Below are positions 32,020 to 42,332 of a stretch of 64,000 bases of DNA, piece after piece. The position numbers were made by a program, and so were the translations under genes. Numbering within the stretch: the first letter of the stretch is position 1; each line of letters begins with the position of its first letter. The notes beneath the pieces were generated by a model, which saw nothing but the letters and a program-made list of their open reading frames with translations, had not been told where the DNA came from and did no database searches. This DNA comes from Gammaproteobacteria bacterium (lineage in GTDB: Bacteria; Pseudomonadota; Gammaproteobacteria; Eutrophobiales; Eutrophobiaceae): positions 1,504,001 to 1,568,000 of the forward strand of contig CBDCDS010000003.1 in the NCBI GenBank assembly GCA_965215365.1, written 5' to 3'.

Positions 32020-33056
32020 AAATCAGCGGTGCCTGACAGATATTCGGCAATTTGCACACTGTTCAGCGCCGCGCCCTTCCTGATATTGTCTGCCACCACC
32101 CAAAAATTGATGCCGCGGGGATGGGAAAGGTCTTCCCTGATACGGCCCACAAACACAGAATCGTGTCCGGCCGCCTCGGTTACGGCGGTCGGATAGCTGC
32201 CGTCTTGCTGTTCATCTATCACCACCACCCCGGGGAATTGGTGTAGCAGTGAGCTGGCCTCAGCAACGCTGAGCTTCTCTTTCGTTTCAATATGCACGGC
32301 CTCGGAGTGGCCGTAAAATACCGGCACGCGCACACAGGTGGGGTTGACCCGAAGTGCATTATCACCCAGTATCTTGCGGGTCTCCCACACCATCTTCATC
32401 TCTTCCCGGGTATAACCATTGTCCTGGAACACATCGATTTGCGGCAATACGTTAAATGCCATCTGCCGGGGATGAACCGTCGGGAGCACGGGCTTGCCGT
32501 TGAGCAGGTCGATGGTTTGCCGCTCCAGTTCCTCGATAGCCTTTTGGCCCTTGCCGGACACCGCCTGATAGGTAGCCACATTGACGCGCTCGATACCGAC
32601 GGCGTCGTAAACGGGTTTCAGCACCATTACCATCTGAATGGTGGAACAGTTCGGGTTGGCGATGATGCCGCGTGCCGCATACTGCGCGATAGCTTCCGGG
32701 TTCACCTCCGGTACAACCAGGGGGATATCCTCGTCATAGCGGAACTGTGAGGTATTATCAATGACGATGGCGCCGGCGGCCGCGGCCCGGGGTGCATGGA
32801 TTTTGGACACCGCGGCGCCGGGGGAAAACAGCCCGATATCAATGCCGGAAAAATCGAAGGTATCCAGGTCTTCAACCGCCAGTTCCTCACCCCTGAACTC
32901 AAGCAGTTTACCCGCAGAGCGACTGCTGGCCACAACGCGCACCTCGGCAGCGGGAAAATCGCGCTGCTCGAGGATCGACAACAGCGCCTGCCCCACCTCA
33001 CCGGTAGCGCCGACGACGGCGATATTAACCGGTTTGTTCAAGTTATGAGTTTTCAT
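32016..33056 (-). CDS. asd: Aspartate-semialdehyde dehydrogenase
   Basis: GATGEVG, ANPNCST, DNIRKGAALN. Confidence 0.96.
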   Translation of the reverse strand: MKTHNLNKPVNIAVVGATGEVGQALLSILEQRDFPAAEVRVVASSRSAGKLLEFRGEELAVEDLDTFDFSGIDIGLFSPGAAVSKIHAPRAAAAGAIVIDNTSQFRYDEDIPLVVPEVNPEAIAQYAARGIIANPNCSTIQMVMVLKPVYDAVGIERVNVATYQAVSGKGQKAIEELERQTIDLLNGKPVLPTVHPRQMAFNVLPQIDVFQDNGYTREEMKMVWETRKILGDNALRVNPTCVRVPVFYGHSEAVHIETKEKLSVAEASSLLHQFPGVVVIDEQQDGSYPTAVTEAAGHDSVFVGRIREDLSHPRGINFWVVADNIRKGAALNSVQIAEYLSGTADL

Positions 33057-33065
33057 TGATACAAT

Positions 33066-34142
33066 TTACAACGCTTGCACCACCGCGTCGCCCATTTGTG
33101 CCGTGGACACTTTTTCCGTACCCGGCGTGTGGATGTCCGCAGTCCTAAGGCCCTGTTCGAGGACGGATTTAACCGCGTTTTCCACCCGCTGCGCCTGTTC
33201 CGGCAGGCCCAGGGAATAGCGCAACAGCATTGCCGCAGACAGTATCATCGCCAACGGATTGGCCCGCCCCTGACCGGCGATATCCGGCGCCGAGCCGTGT
33301 ACCGGCTCATACAGGCCCTTGCCGTTCTCAGCCAGCGCCGCGGACGGTAACATACCGATGGAGCCGCTGAGCATGGCGGCGAGATCGGAGAGAATATCCC
33401 CGAACATATTGGTGGTGACCAGCACATCGAACTGTTTCGGGCGGCGCACCAGTTGCATGGCGGCGTTATCCACGTATATATGCTCCAGTGCAACCTCAGG
33501 ATAGTGCGCCGCCACCTCGGTCACAACCTCGCGCCACAACACCGTCGCTTCCAGCACGTTTTCCTTGTCCACGGAGCACAGCCGCCGCTCCCGCTGCAGG
33601 GCGACCTTGCAGGCCGCGTGGGCAATGCGACGAATTTCCGACTCCGTATAACGCAGGGTGTTCAACCCCTCGCGTTCCCCCGCCGGCGTGGTACTGATGC
33701 CCCGGGGCTGGCCGAAATAAATGCCTCCGGTGAGCTCGCGCACGATCATGATATCCAGCCCGCTCACCAGTTCCGGCTTCAACGATGACGCCGCCACCAG
33801 TTGCGGGTAGGTCAATGCCGGGCGCAGGTTGGCAAACAGGGCAAGCTCTGCGCGCAGGGGCAACAATGCCCCCCGCTCCGGCCGCAAATCACGCGCCAGC
33901 CCATCCCATTTCGGCCCGCCTACGGCGCCGAACAGCACCGCGTCACTGGCCTTGGCCAGACGCAAGGTCGGCTCCGGCAACGGCGTGCCGCAATCATCGT
34001 AGGCAGCGCCGCCGACCAGCGCGTGTTCAATGGCAATATCCAGGCCGTAGTCGCGCACCAGGGCAGCCAGGACTTTTTCAGCCGGCGCCATGATTTCAGG
34101 GCCGATGCCGTCACCGGCCAATATCAGGATGTTATGGCTCAT
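33066..34142 (-). CDS. leuB: 3-isopropylmalate dehydrogenase
   Basis: [38 protein letters not shown]. Confidence 0.96.
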   Translation of the reverse strand: MSHNILILAGDGIGPEIMAPAEKVLAALVRDYGLDIAIEHALVGGAAYDDCGTPLPEPTLRLAKASDAVLFGAVGGPKWDGLARDLRPERGALLPLRAELALFANLRPALTYPQLVAASSLKPELVSGLDIMIVRELTGGIYFGQPRGISTTPAGEREGLNTLRYTESEIRRIAHAACKVALQRERRLCSVDKENVLEATVLWREVVTEVAAHYPEVALEHIYVDNAAMQLVRRPKQFDVLVTTNMFGDILSDLAAMLSGSIGMLPSAALAENGKGLYEPVHGSAPDIAGQGRANPLAMILSAAMLLRYSLGLPEQAQRVENAVKSVLEQGLRTADIHTPGTEKVSTAQMGDAVVQAL

Positions 34143-34292
34143 TTCGCCCGGTAGTTCTCGCTATCTTCGGCAAGTTCCACATTCCGTCCGTCACGGTTGC
34201 AGTAGCGGAGAATTGTATCATAATGCCGGATAATTGATTGTTACCCACAATGCCCGGCCAGACTTTACCCATCCATAAGGAGTAAGCAGCAG

Positions 34293-35114
34293 ATGAATAA
34301 CATTGCAGACATCATCAGTGAGGCGTTTGCACAACGCAGCCAGCTCAACGCGCGCAGCGCCGACAACACCCTCAAGGACGCCGTTAATGAGGCCCTCGAC
34401 GGGCTTGACCGCGGCGAATTACGGGTCGCAGAGCAACGCGACGGCGAATGGGTGGTGAACCAGTGGCTGAAAAAAGCCGTGCTGCTATCGTTTGCCTTGA
34501 ACGATAACCGCGTGCTGGAGGACGGCTGCAGCCGCTATTACGACAAGGTGGAACCCAAGTTTGCCGGTTACAGCCAGGATGACTTTGCGACGGGTGGGAT
34601 GCGCGTAGTGCCGCCGGCCATGGCGCGCCATGGCAGCTACGTGGCACCCAATGTTGTACTCATGCCCAGCTACGTCAATATCGGTGCCTATATCGACTCG
34701 GGTACCATGGTGGACACCTGGGCCACGGTCGGTTCCTGTGCCCAGGTTGGTAAGAATGTGCACCTGTCCGGCGGTGTCGGCTTAGGCGGTGTGCTGGAAC
34801 CGTTACAGGCCAACCCGACCATTATCGAGGATAACTGCTTCATCGGCGCCCGTTCGGAAATTGTCGAAGGCGTGATCGTCGGCGCCGGCTCCGTCATTTC
34901 CATGGGCGTGTATATCGGCCAGAGCACCCGCATTTACAATCGCGCCACCGGCGAGATCAGCTACGGCAAAGTCCCCCCCGGCTCCGTCGTCGTTTCCGGC
35001 AACCTGCCCGCAAAAGACGGCAAATACAGCCTCTACTGCGCGGTAATCGTCAAACAGGTGGATGAGAAAACCCGGGGTAAGGTGAGTCTGAACGAGTTGT
35101 TGCGAGATTTGTAA
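34293..35114 (+). CDS. dapD: Tetrahydrodipicolinate N-succinyltransferase
   Basis: [33 protein letters not shown]. Confidence 0.96.
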   Translation: MNNIADIISEAFAQRSQLNARSADNTLKDAVNEALDGLDRGELRVAEQRDGEWVVNQWLKKAVLLSFALNDNRVLEDGCSRYYDKVEPKFAGYSQDDFATGGMRVVPPAMARHGSYVAPNVVLMPSYVNIGAYIDSGTMVDTWATVGSCAQVGKNVHLSGGVGLGGVLEPLQANPTIIEDNCFIGARSEIVEGVIVGAGSVISMGVYIGQSTRIYNRATGEISYGKVPPGSVVVSGNLPAKDGKYSLYCAVIVKQVDEKTRGKVSLNELLRDL

Positions 35115-35127
35115 GCACTGATCAGGG

Positions 35128-35275
35128 AGCCTGCATATCTCACCAAGTGATGCGAAGATCGCACCGGATAGCGCATAATAGGGAATGATCAGTACCGAAT
35201 TTGTTTTATTTGGCGACAAGGTAATGCATACCAGGTTGAAATCGTTGATTATCATTAGGTGAGATATGCGGGCTA
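35128..35275. repeat. Family B inverted repeats enclosing the higB remnant
   Basis: AGCCTGCATATCTCACCAAGTGATGCGAAGATCGC on the left and GGTGAGATATGCGGGCTA on the right. Confidence 0.6.
35184..35258 (+). pseudogene. higB: HigB toxin C-terminal remnant
   Basis: Manual translation NDQYRICFIWRQGNAYQVEIVDYH*, a typical HigB C-terminus, directly upstream of higA. Confidence 0.8.
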
Positions 35276-35556
35276 AACTGAAAAATATCCATCCCGGCGC
35301 TATTCTTCTTCATGAGTTTTTAGAGCCGCTGGGCATCAGCCAGAATAAACTGGCCAGGGATATTTCTGTTCCACCGAGACGAATAAATGAAATCGTTCTC
35401 GGCAAGCGGGCGGTTACTGCCGATACGGCCTTGCGTCTCGCTCGCTATTTTAGCAGCAGTGAAAAGTTCTGGTTGGGATTGCAGGATGACTACGACCTGG
35501 AAGAAGCCAGCAACAAAATGGGTCAGGCGCTCAATCGTATTTCAGCTGTTGCATAA
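35266..35556 (+). CDS. higA: HigA antitoxin (HTH)
   Basis: IHPGAILLHEFLEPLGISQ...RINEIVLGKRAVTADTALRLARYF...FWLGLQ. Confidence 0.92.
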   Translation: MRAKLKNIHPGAILLHEFLEPLGISQNKLARDISVPPRRINEIVLGKRAVTADTALRLARYFSSSEKFWLGLQDDYDLEEASNKMGQALNRISAVA

Positions 35557-35671
35557 ACATTGATGCTTCTTTCTGCGTCTGTATCTTACCCAAAAAACGG
35601 AAAGGCAATGAAGTATAACCGTGGCCGAGAATTTGGACAGGGTTTGCTTCAAGGCACTGATGATGTCCAGA

Positions 35672-36214
35672 CTAACAGTTAAAATACCGTTCCCGGTAGT
35701 GGCGCAGTTCTTCAATGGAATCGCGGATATCATTCAGAGCCAGATGCATCGATTCTTTGTCGAACGGGTCGGGGTTGTGGGTCCAGCGCTTGACCAGTTC
35801 CTTGACCGTGCTCACGTCCAAGTTGCGGTAGTGAAAATATTTTTCCAGTTCCGGCATGTAGCGGTAGAGAAAGCGACGGTCCAGGCAGATGCTGTTGCCG
35901 CACATGGGAGACACGCCGGCCGGCACGTATTTGCGGATAAATTCCAAGGTGAGTCGCTCAGCTGTGCGCTCGTTGCACTCACTCTTACGCACCCGCTCCA
36001 ACAACCCCGACCCGCCATGTTGTTTCACGTTCCACTCATCCATGCCGGCCAGCTTTGCCTCGGGCTGATGCAGCGCCAACACCGGCCCTTCCGCCAGCAG
36101 GTTCAGTTCGGAGTCGGTAATCAGTGTGGCTATCTCAATGATGCAATCATGCTCCGGGCGCAAACCGGTCATTTCCAGGTCGATCCAGATGAGATTGTGT
36201 TCGGATTGAGACAT
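35672..36214 (-). CDS. orn: Oligoribonuclease
   Basis: [31 protein letters not shown]. Confidence 0.96.
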   Translation of the reverse strand: MSQSEHNLIWIDLEMTGLRPEHDCIIEIATLITDSELNLLAEGPVLALHQPEAKLAGMDEWNVKQHGGSGLLERVRKSECNERTAERLTLEFIRKYVPAGVSPMCGNSICLDRRFLYRYMPELEKYFHYRNLDVSTVKELVKRWTHNPDPFDKESMHLALNDIRDSIEELRHYRERYFNC

Positions 36215-36271
36215 CGGCAGGTATTGGTTGGCAGTATTCCGGGTTTGATGAAAAAATGGGAAATTCCGGGC

Positions 36272-38956
36272 TTAATCCAGCTCCCTTACTGAGGATACCT
36301 GTCTGAACTTGACATTTTCCATACGTTTGTAATGCGCCTTCCCACACTCAATTTTATTTTTCTCGCTTGGTCTCAATTCCTGCCCGGCTGATTTTGTCTC
36401 CGCAACAAAATAAATCTCCTCTTCACCTTTCTTGATGAGCACCCAGTCGGGATTATAATTGCCGATGGGCGTCTTGATTTTGAACCACGGGGGAAGTTTG
36501 AAGTAAAACTCTATGTCTTCCCTGCTTTCACAATCCCGGGCGAATTGACTTTCCACTCTGGAATCGAGCGGCAGCAGATCGGCGTTGATGGTTTTTTCCG
36601 GGTTGCCGATCTCAAAAGTATGTTCGTTTCGGTGAAACTCATAGCCTTCAAATAACTGTAACTCATACTCTTTATCAGAAATTTTTTCGTACTTGATCCC
36701 TTTGACCATCAGTTCTGTTAGTGCACCCCGGATCGCTTCGACAACCTTGTCTGCGAATAATTGAGGATTAACCAGAATGTCGCGCAGTCTACCGGAACGC
36801 GAAAGAATTTCATAAATGGTGGAACGGGTAAGGCGTGTTTGCGAATGATCTTGAATGTAGGAAAGAATATCCGGAACGAAAACAGTGTCATCTTCAACGC
36901 TTATACTCTGGCCTTGCTTCGGCTTGGATATAACCCCTACTGTTTTACTGATATCTATTCTTGCCCTCTCAACCCTGAGGGCCGGTTTTGTTACAGCCTC
37001 CATCTTTTTCACGGTCTCAGCCGCCTTGTTTATCAGCTCCTCCGTCTCATATTCAACGCGATATGAGGTTTGATATTTTATCCGTTCCCAAAGTGTCTTG
37101 AATTTTTCGTCAAACTGAAAGCCTTTGCGGTATTGCACACTTGCCCGTTTACGCTTATTTTTTATCCGGTTGCCGAACCGAACGCCACAATCATCCGCAA
37201 TTTCATTCTGTAGCTGACGTGCAAAATCTTCGTAGCTTTCGTTGGCGATAACCGTCAGTCGGTTAATATTGGTATCTTCGATACGCTTGCCGTCACTGTC
37301 CACGGCCAGCCGCATACCTCGACCTATTTCCTGCCGTTTTTTCAACTCGGATTGTGTTTCGTTCAAGGTGCAAATCTGGAACACATTAGGGTTATCCCAA
37401 CCCTCCCGCAGCGCGGAATGGCTGAAAATGAAGCGCAGCGGTTCATTCGGATCCAACAGGCGCTCCTTTTCACGCATGATCAACTTGAACGTCTGGTTGT
37501 CTGCGAGTGTGTTGCCACGAGTGTCTTTCCACTTGCCTTTATCCTGAGAAAAATAGCCGTTATGAACTTCCTCCGCCGCAAATGGGAGTACACCACGGAA
37601 TTCTTCTTTGCCTGCAAACTCGTTAAATGCTTCCTCAAAATAGTCTGCAAATTTTCCCTTAACCGGGTTACCGGCTTCATCGTAGGCGCGGTAGTTTGCT
37701 ACCCGATCGATAAAGAATAAGGAAATCACCTTGATCCCGCTTAATTGCTTTTCCTTGCTGAAATGCTCGGCGACGGTTTCTCGGATTTGCATCTTCATTA
37801 TCTCGTCGCTCAGCCCGCCGATAGTCTCGCCGACGGACAATGGCCTACCGTTTGAAAGGACGACAATCCCTTTTTCTGCATCAATTTCATTTACAATGTA
37901 ACCGTTTCTGTAGAGCTCTCTCCTGCCTGAAGCAACGTAAAGGTCTCGTCCGACACTCGCGGTGACGGATTTTCTTTTGACGCCGTTACCCGTGTTACAG
38001 TCAATTTCTAACGAGGCCGATAGTGCGCGCTCGGTATTTATTCTCTTCAAGCGCACGTAGGCGTCGTTGAAATCATTCTCGGAGATCACAGAGCCTACTT
38101 CGATCTGTTTTACCAGTCCCAAGTCATACGCCCGCACCGGATCAAGGTTGTAGATCATGTTGTAGCGTCTGGTATGCGTGGCGGAATAGCGCAGGGTACA
38201 GAGATAGTTTAAGTTCTCAATGGCCTGCTTGCGCGCGTCTGTTTCCATATTCTGTGGTTCGTCCACGATAACTATGGGATTAGCGCGTTGAATAAAATCA
38301 ATGGGCTTACTGCCCATCAGTTTGTCATTGGCGCGGTTGATAATATTTTTGTCTTTAGCGAAAGAATCAATGTTGATAACGAGAATTTCGATGGCATCAC
38401 TCAGGGCAAAGGCGCGCAGGCCTGATACTCGGCTCGAATCGTAAACCTCATAATGGGCAGGCGGATGGCCGTACAGGTTTTGCAGGTGGTCATGTGTAAC
38501 AGACAGATTCTTCAACACGCCTTCCCGGATAGCGACGGAAGGCACTACAATGACGAACTTGCGGAAGCCGTATTGACGGTTCAACTCGTAAATGGTGCGC
38601 AGATAAACATAGGTCTTGCCGGTGCCGGTTTCCATCTCTACGGAGAAGTGCATTCCGTCGAGAACCTCAGAAACTGTCCATTTGCCATATTCTTCCTTTT
38701 TCTGCTTTACCAGTTCTCCCTCCTCTTGTTCTTCTTTTTCAAGTTCTTCTTTCTGGATAGCCTGTACGTTTTGAAGGATTTGCTCCTCATCAACTTGCAG
38801 ACGATTGGCAAAGCCGGTTTCGGCTAGAATCTCGCCGGGATTGGATGACAGGAAGGCGTTGCTTCCACTCCCCGCAGGCTGGCCCTCAAATACTTTTAGC
38901 ACCGCGTTGATAGCGTCCAGTTGATATTGTTGGTGGGGGTTGAAGTGAAGGCGCAC
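36272..38956 (-). CDS. res: Type III restriction endonuclease Res subunit
   Basis: METGTGKT, DEPQ, LREGWDNPNVF, QEIGRGMRL, YNPDW...AETK. Confidence 0.93.
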   Translation of the reverse strand: MRLHFNPHQQYQLDAINAVLKVFEGQPAGSGSNAFLSSNPGEILAETGFANRLQVDEEQILQNVQAIQKEELEKEEQEEGELVKQKKEEYGKWTVSEVLDGMHFSVEMETGTGKTYVYLRTIYELNRQYGFRKFVIVVPSVAIREGVLKNLSVTHDHLQNLYGHPPAHYEVYDSSRVSGLRAFALSDAIEILVINIDSFAKDKNIINRANDKLMGSKPIDFIQRANPIVIVDEPQNMETDARKQAIENLNYLCTLRYSATHTRRYNMIYNLDPVRAYDLGLVKQIEVGSVISENDFNDAYVRLKRINTERALSASLEIDCNTGNGVKRKSVTASVGRDLYVASGRRELYRNGYIVNEIDAEKGIVVLSNGRPLSVGETIGGLSDEIMKMQIRETVAEHFSKEKQLSGIKVISLFFIDRVANYRAYDEAGNPVKGKFADYFEEAFNEFAGKEEFRGVLPFAAEEVHNGYFSQDKGKWKDTRGNTLADNQTFKLIMREKERLLDPNEPLRFIFSHSALREGWDNPNVFQICTLNETQSELKKRQEIGRGMRLAVDSDGKRIEDTNINRLTVIANESYEDFARQLQNEIADDCGVRFGNRIKNKRKRASVQYRKGFQFDEKFKTLWERIKYQTSYRVEYETEELINKAAETVKKMEAVTKPALRVERARIDISKTVGVISKPKQGQSISVEDDTVFVPDILSYIQDHSQTRLTRSTIYEILSRSGRLRDILVNPQLFADKVVEAIRGALTELMVKGIKYEKISDKEYELQLFEGYEFHRNEHTFEIGNPEKTINADLLPLDSRVESQFARDCESREDIEFYFKLPPWFKIKTPIGNYNPDWVLIKKGEEEIYFVAETKSAGQELRPSEKNKIECGKAHYKRMENVKFRQVSSVRELD

Positions 38957-38962
38957 GAATCG

Positions 38963-39397
38963 TTATCCCAGTGAAGAACCATAGGCTATGATCTCCTCAC
39001 GAACCTGATTCATTTTCTCATACTCTTTCTGTTTATTACTGATTTCGCACTGCCAGATTATCAACACCTGCCACCCTGTTTTTTCCAATTCATCATAGTT
39101 CTTCAAATCCCTTTCTATGTTTCGGTTTATTTTTTTGCGCCAGAAATCTGTATTTGTTACGGGTAATTTTCCTCTTGGGCAGTCGTGACCATGCCAATAA
39201 CATCCGTGAACAAAAACAACGGTTTTATACTTAGGCAAAACCAGATCAGGGTTGCCGGGCAGGTTGCTGACGTGTTTCCTGTACCTCAGCCCTTCAGAGA
39301 ACAGATACTTGCGAACTAAAGCCTCCGGTTTTGTGTCCTTGCCGGATATGCGCGACATGATGTCACTGCGTTTCCGGGCGGAATAGATGTCATTCAT
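38963..39397 (-). CDS. vsr: Very short patch repair endonuclease
   Basis: RSDIMSRISGKDTKPE, LPGNPDLV, FVHGCYWHGH. Confidence 0.93.
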   Translation of the reverse strand: MNDIYSARKRSDIMSRISGKDTKPEALVRKYLFSEGLRYRKHVSNLPGNPDLVLPKYKTVVFVHGCYWHGHDCPRGKLPVTNTDFWRKKINRNIERDLKNYDELEKTGWQVLIIWQCEISNKQKEYEKMNQVREEIIAYGSSLG

Positions 39398-41262
39398 TTA
39401 ACAGCTTGGATATTCTGTAATTTTTCGTACTTATCCATGAATTCCTGATGATATGTTCTTGCGTTTTCTAATAACTCACCATAAGTTTTGACGTATATCT
39501 CTCCAGATATACCGTATGTCTTTATCTTGGATTGAGCAAGCCGGTCATTGGACTGCTTGCCGCCGACCACATAGGCAACTATCTGGCCTGCTGACCCTGG
39601 TGTATTTCCAACTTGTTTTTCCAAAAATGAACGATAATCGGCCGCTTGCTCTATATCTGTTGCACTTATCACATGATGAGGTCTTTTCAATTCAATGATG
39701 AAACGATGATTTGAAACGCTGGTACAGACAAAATCTATTCTTCTATCGGACTCTTCCAGCTGCTCTTCAGGATACTCATCCCTGAGGACTTGCGAGAAGT
39801 GTGCCTCGTGTTGGAACTCCATTATTCTAGGGTCTAGCAACCATGGAAATTCCTTGAAAAAATCATGCAAGATAGGAACTTCCTTGGAATTATCTTTTAT
39901 ATGTTTAGATAGTTCATTAATTGTGGAAATCCTGCCAAGGGAAAGACGATAAAGTTCCTTTGCTTCGACAAGCTGCCATTCCTTGAATAACTCAACAAAT
40001 ATACTACTATCAACCGTGTCAGTTTCAGCAATTTCCGTTGCGAACTCTTTGAATGCTTCAAACTGAAAAGCATCTTTCACATAGCTGACCAAGCCGCCGG
40101 ATTTTTCCGTGTCTATCCCCTCGTTTCCAATGATTTGATTGACAATTTTTCGCGCCAATGCCTGTTCATGTTTTGGCAAGGCTGCCAGCCATTCATCAAC
40201 ATCCATTCCGGTCTTCTCTTTGATTTCCTGCTTTTTCTTTTCCTCAATTCTCTTGCGCCGTTCTGAATAAATCTTTTTAACAACTTTCTGAAGATAATCT
40301 TTGAGTTCGGAAGTTCCTTCATTTTCCCAGTTCAAGGATTGCCTGCTGGTTCCGATAACGTCCTGTTCCCACTCATCAATAAATCCTATGTTCAGCCATC
40401 CGGTTAAATACGTATACCCGTGACTGGATGCTTTTTCTCCATAAAATTCATGAGCATTCACCAGTTTTCCCCTTGAAAACAAAGCTATTCCCTTCATTGA
40501 AGATGAAACCGGTGTCTTTGCCGATATAATTTTGCCTGTAATTTGCGCTACGTATTCATACTGAGAATCCACTTCAGAATAAGGAAAGTCCCATTCATAT
40601 TCAGTATCAATACTGTCGTACTTCAGTTCGTTAGTTACTTTTTTGGGCTGTAGATTATTGTGGATAATCTCCGTGTTGAAATCTTTTTCGTTAAAAACAA
40701 AAAAAGCTCTAGCTAAACTGACAGCCAAACTCTGCGGAGTAAAAGGAGTTTTTCGTCTGATGGCGGTCAATGTAACTCTGGTTCCTGATATCTCTCCGGC
40801 ACAAGGCTCGTCATGTTTCGTTAATGGTATTTCATATTGGTCACCTGATTTTTTTATATCATCCCAATCCATTTCAAAACGGTTTTCTTTACTGTCTCTC
40901 CAAGTTGTAATCTCAACATGGTTGGCAATGCCGAAAAACGACAGCTTGCCGATACCTTTTTTCCCGATGACCTTTCTTTGTCCGGATTCCGAGTACTGCT
41001 TGTTGCCCTCTCTCCTGTTACGCCCGATCTTTAGAAATTTAGCTTCCAGTTCTGCAAAAGACATCCCGTGTCCGTTGTCCTCAATAATAATTTTTTTGTC
41101 TCCATCATCTTTGAGTATTATCTTCACAATCGAGGCATCCGCATCATAAGCATTAGCTACCAATTCCGCGATAACCGGGGGCAGGGTGCTGTACATCTGG
41201 ATTCCCAAGTGTTCGATGGTATTGGGGTCAAAACTCATTTTCACTGTTTGTTGTGCTGTCAT
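39394..41262 (-). CDS. GHKL (MORC/HSP90-like) ATPase with C-terminal PD-(D/E)xK-like nuclease
   Basis: ELVANAYDA, DNGHGM, GKKGIGK, GTRVTL; C-terminal RIDF...IIELKRP...QAADY. Confidence 0.85.
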   Translation of the reverse strand: MTAQQTVKMSFDPNTIEHLGIQMYSTLPPVIAELVANAYDADASIVKIILKDDGDKKIIIEDNGHGMSFAELEAKFLKIGRNRREGNKQYSESGQRKVIGKKGIGKLSFFGIANHVEITTWRDSKENRFEMDWDDIKKSGDQYEIPLTKHDEPCAGEISGTRVTLTAIRRKTPFTPQSLAVSLARAFFVFNEKDFNTEIIHNNLQPKKVTNELKYDSIDTEYEWDFPYSEVDSQYEYVAQITGKIISAKTPVSSSMKGIALFSRGKLVNAHEFYGEKASSHGYTYLTGWLNIGFIDEWEQDVIGTSRQSLNWENEGTSELKDYLQKVVKKIYSERRKRIEEKKKQEIKEKTGMDVDEWLAALPKHEQALARKIVNQIIGNEGIDTEKSGGLVSYVKDAFQFEAFKEFATEIAETDTVDSSIFVELFKEWQLVEAKELYRLSLGRISTINELSKHIKDNSKEVPILHDFFKEFPWLLDPRIMEFQHEAHFSQVLRDEYPEEQLEESDRRIDFVCTSVSNHRFIIELKRPHHVISATDIEQAADYRSFLEKQVGNTPGSAGQIVAYVVGGKQSNDRLAQSKIKTYGISGEIYVKTYGELLENARTYHQEFMDKYEKLQNIQAVK

Positions 41263-42332
41263 TGCCTAGCTCCGTTACTTTGTTTGCCTTGTAAAACCAG
41301 TCCTATTCGTCTCGCCAGTGCGGGAGGCACGGCATTACCGATCATTTTGGCCGTAGCCCCCATACTTTCCGAATAGAATTTATAGCTGTGGGGAAATGTT
41401 TGTAGGGTAGCGCCTTCTCTTAAAGAGATAGCCCTGTCTTCTTCGGGATGACCGAACCTGCCGTTGGACAGACTGTTGAAACGGGTGGTTATGGTGGGCG
41501 CCGGTTTATCCCAGAACATCCTGCCGTAAACGTCCCGGTAACAATCATCTCTCCCTTTATAGGTCTCAATTTGTAAATCCTTGCGCGAACTCCAGGATTT
41601 TCTTGTACCTCCGTCCTTCGGAGTTAAGGCAAGCCGCTGTAGCATGGTGTCCGATAGCCCCGCGCAACTGTGACGGAAGTCAGTCGCATCATAATGGCCT
41701 GCGCTGATTTTTTCAAAGCCATTTTCAGTACCGATGAAGTTTCTGACAACCGGCCCGATGTCATCGGGAACGGGTAGCTTTATGCTTTTACTCACCCGGG
41801 AAGCAACCAGCACAAATCGCTTCCTGTTTTGAGGCACACCGTAAAAGTTGGCATTGATCACACCCTGGTCATAACCGTACCCATTTGCTTCCAGAAAATT
41901 GATAAAGGCATTTAATTTGCTTTCTTCAGCCCTGCGTTTTATTCCTGGTACGTTCTCTACGACTATGTAGCCCGGATTGTAATATTCGACGAATCTCTGA
42001 AAATGGGTCAGCAGGTTTGTATTCTTTGCGGATTTTTTCCGGTCGGTGTTGATGACGCTCCAGTACTGGCATGGACTGCATCCGATGAATACCAGATTAT
42101 TATCACCAGCCCTGATTCCGGCGCCTGAAAGAACTGATGTGTCGGACTGTGTAATATCGGCCAGGATAAACCTGGTGTTCGGATTATTTTTAAGATACGT
42201 TTCCCGGCAGTTCTTATCGTTGTCCAAACCGGCAAGGACTTGGATGCCTGCTTGCCCCATACCGAAGGACATGCCACCTCCTCCGCAAAAGAAATCGCAT
42301 GCTGTCAATGAGTTATTGTTCATTGCGATCAA
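41259..42332 (-). CDS. dcm: DNA cytosine-5 methyltransferase
   Basis: DFFCGGGG, CSPCQ, ENV, QNRKR, R..SLREGATLQTFP, GNAVPP. Confidence 0.93.
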   Translation of the reverse strand: MIAMNNNSLTACDFFCGGGGMSFGMGQAGIQVLAGLDNDKNCRETYLKNNPNTRFILADITQSDTSVLSGAGIRAGDNNLVFIGCSPCQYWSVINTDRKKSAKNTNLLTHFQRFVEYYNPGYIVVENVPGIKRRAEESKLNAFINFLEANGYGYDQGVINANFYGVPQNRKRFVLVASRVSKSIKLPVPDDIGPVVRNFIGTENGFEKISAGHYDATDFRHSCAGLSDTMLQRLALTPKDGGTRKSWSSRKDLQIETYKGRDDCYRDVYGRMFWDKPAPTITTRFNSLSNGRFGHPEEDRAISLREGATLQTFPHSYKFYSESMGATAKMIGNAVPPALARRIGLVLQGKQSNGARQ

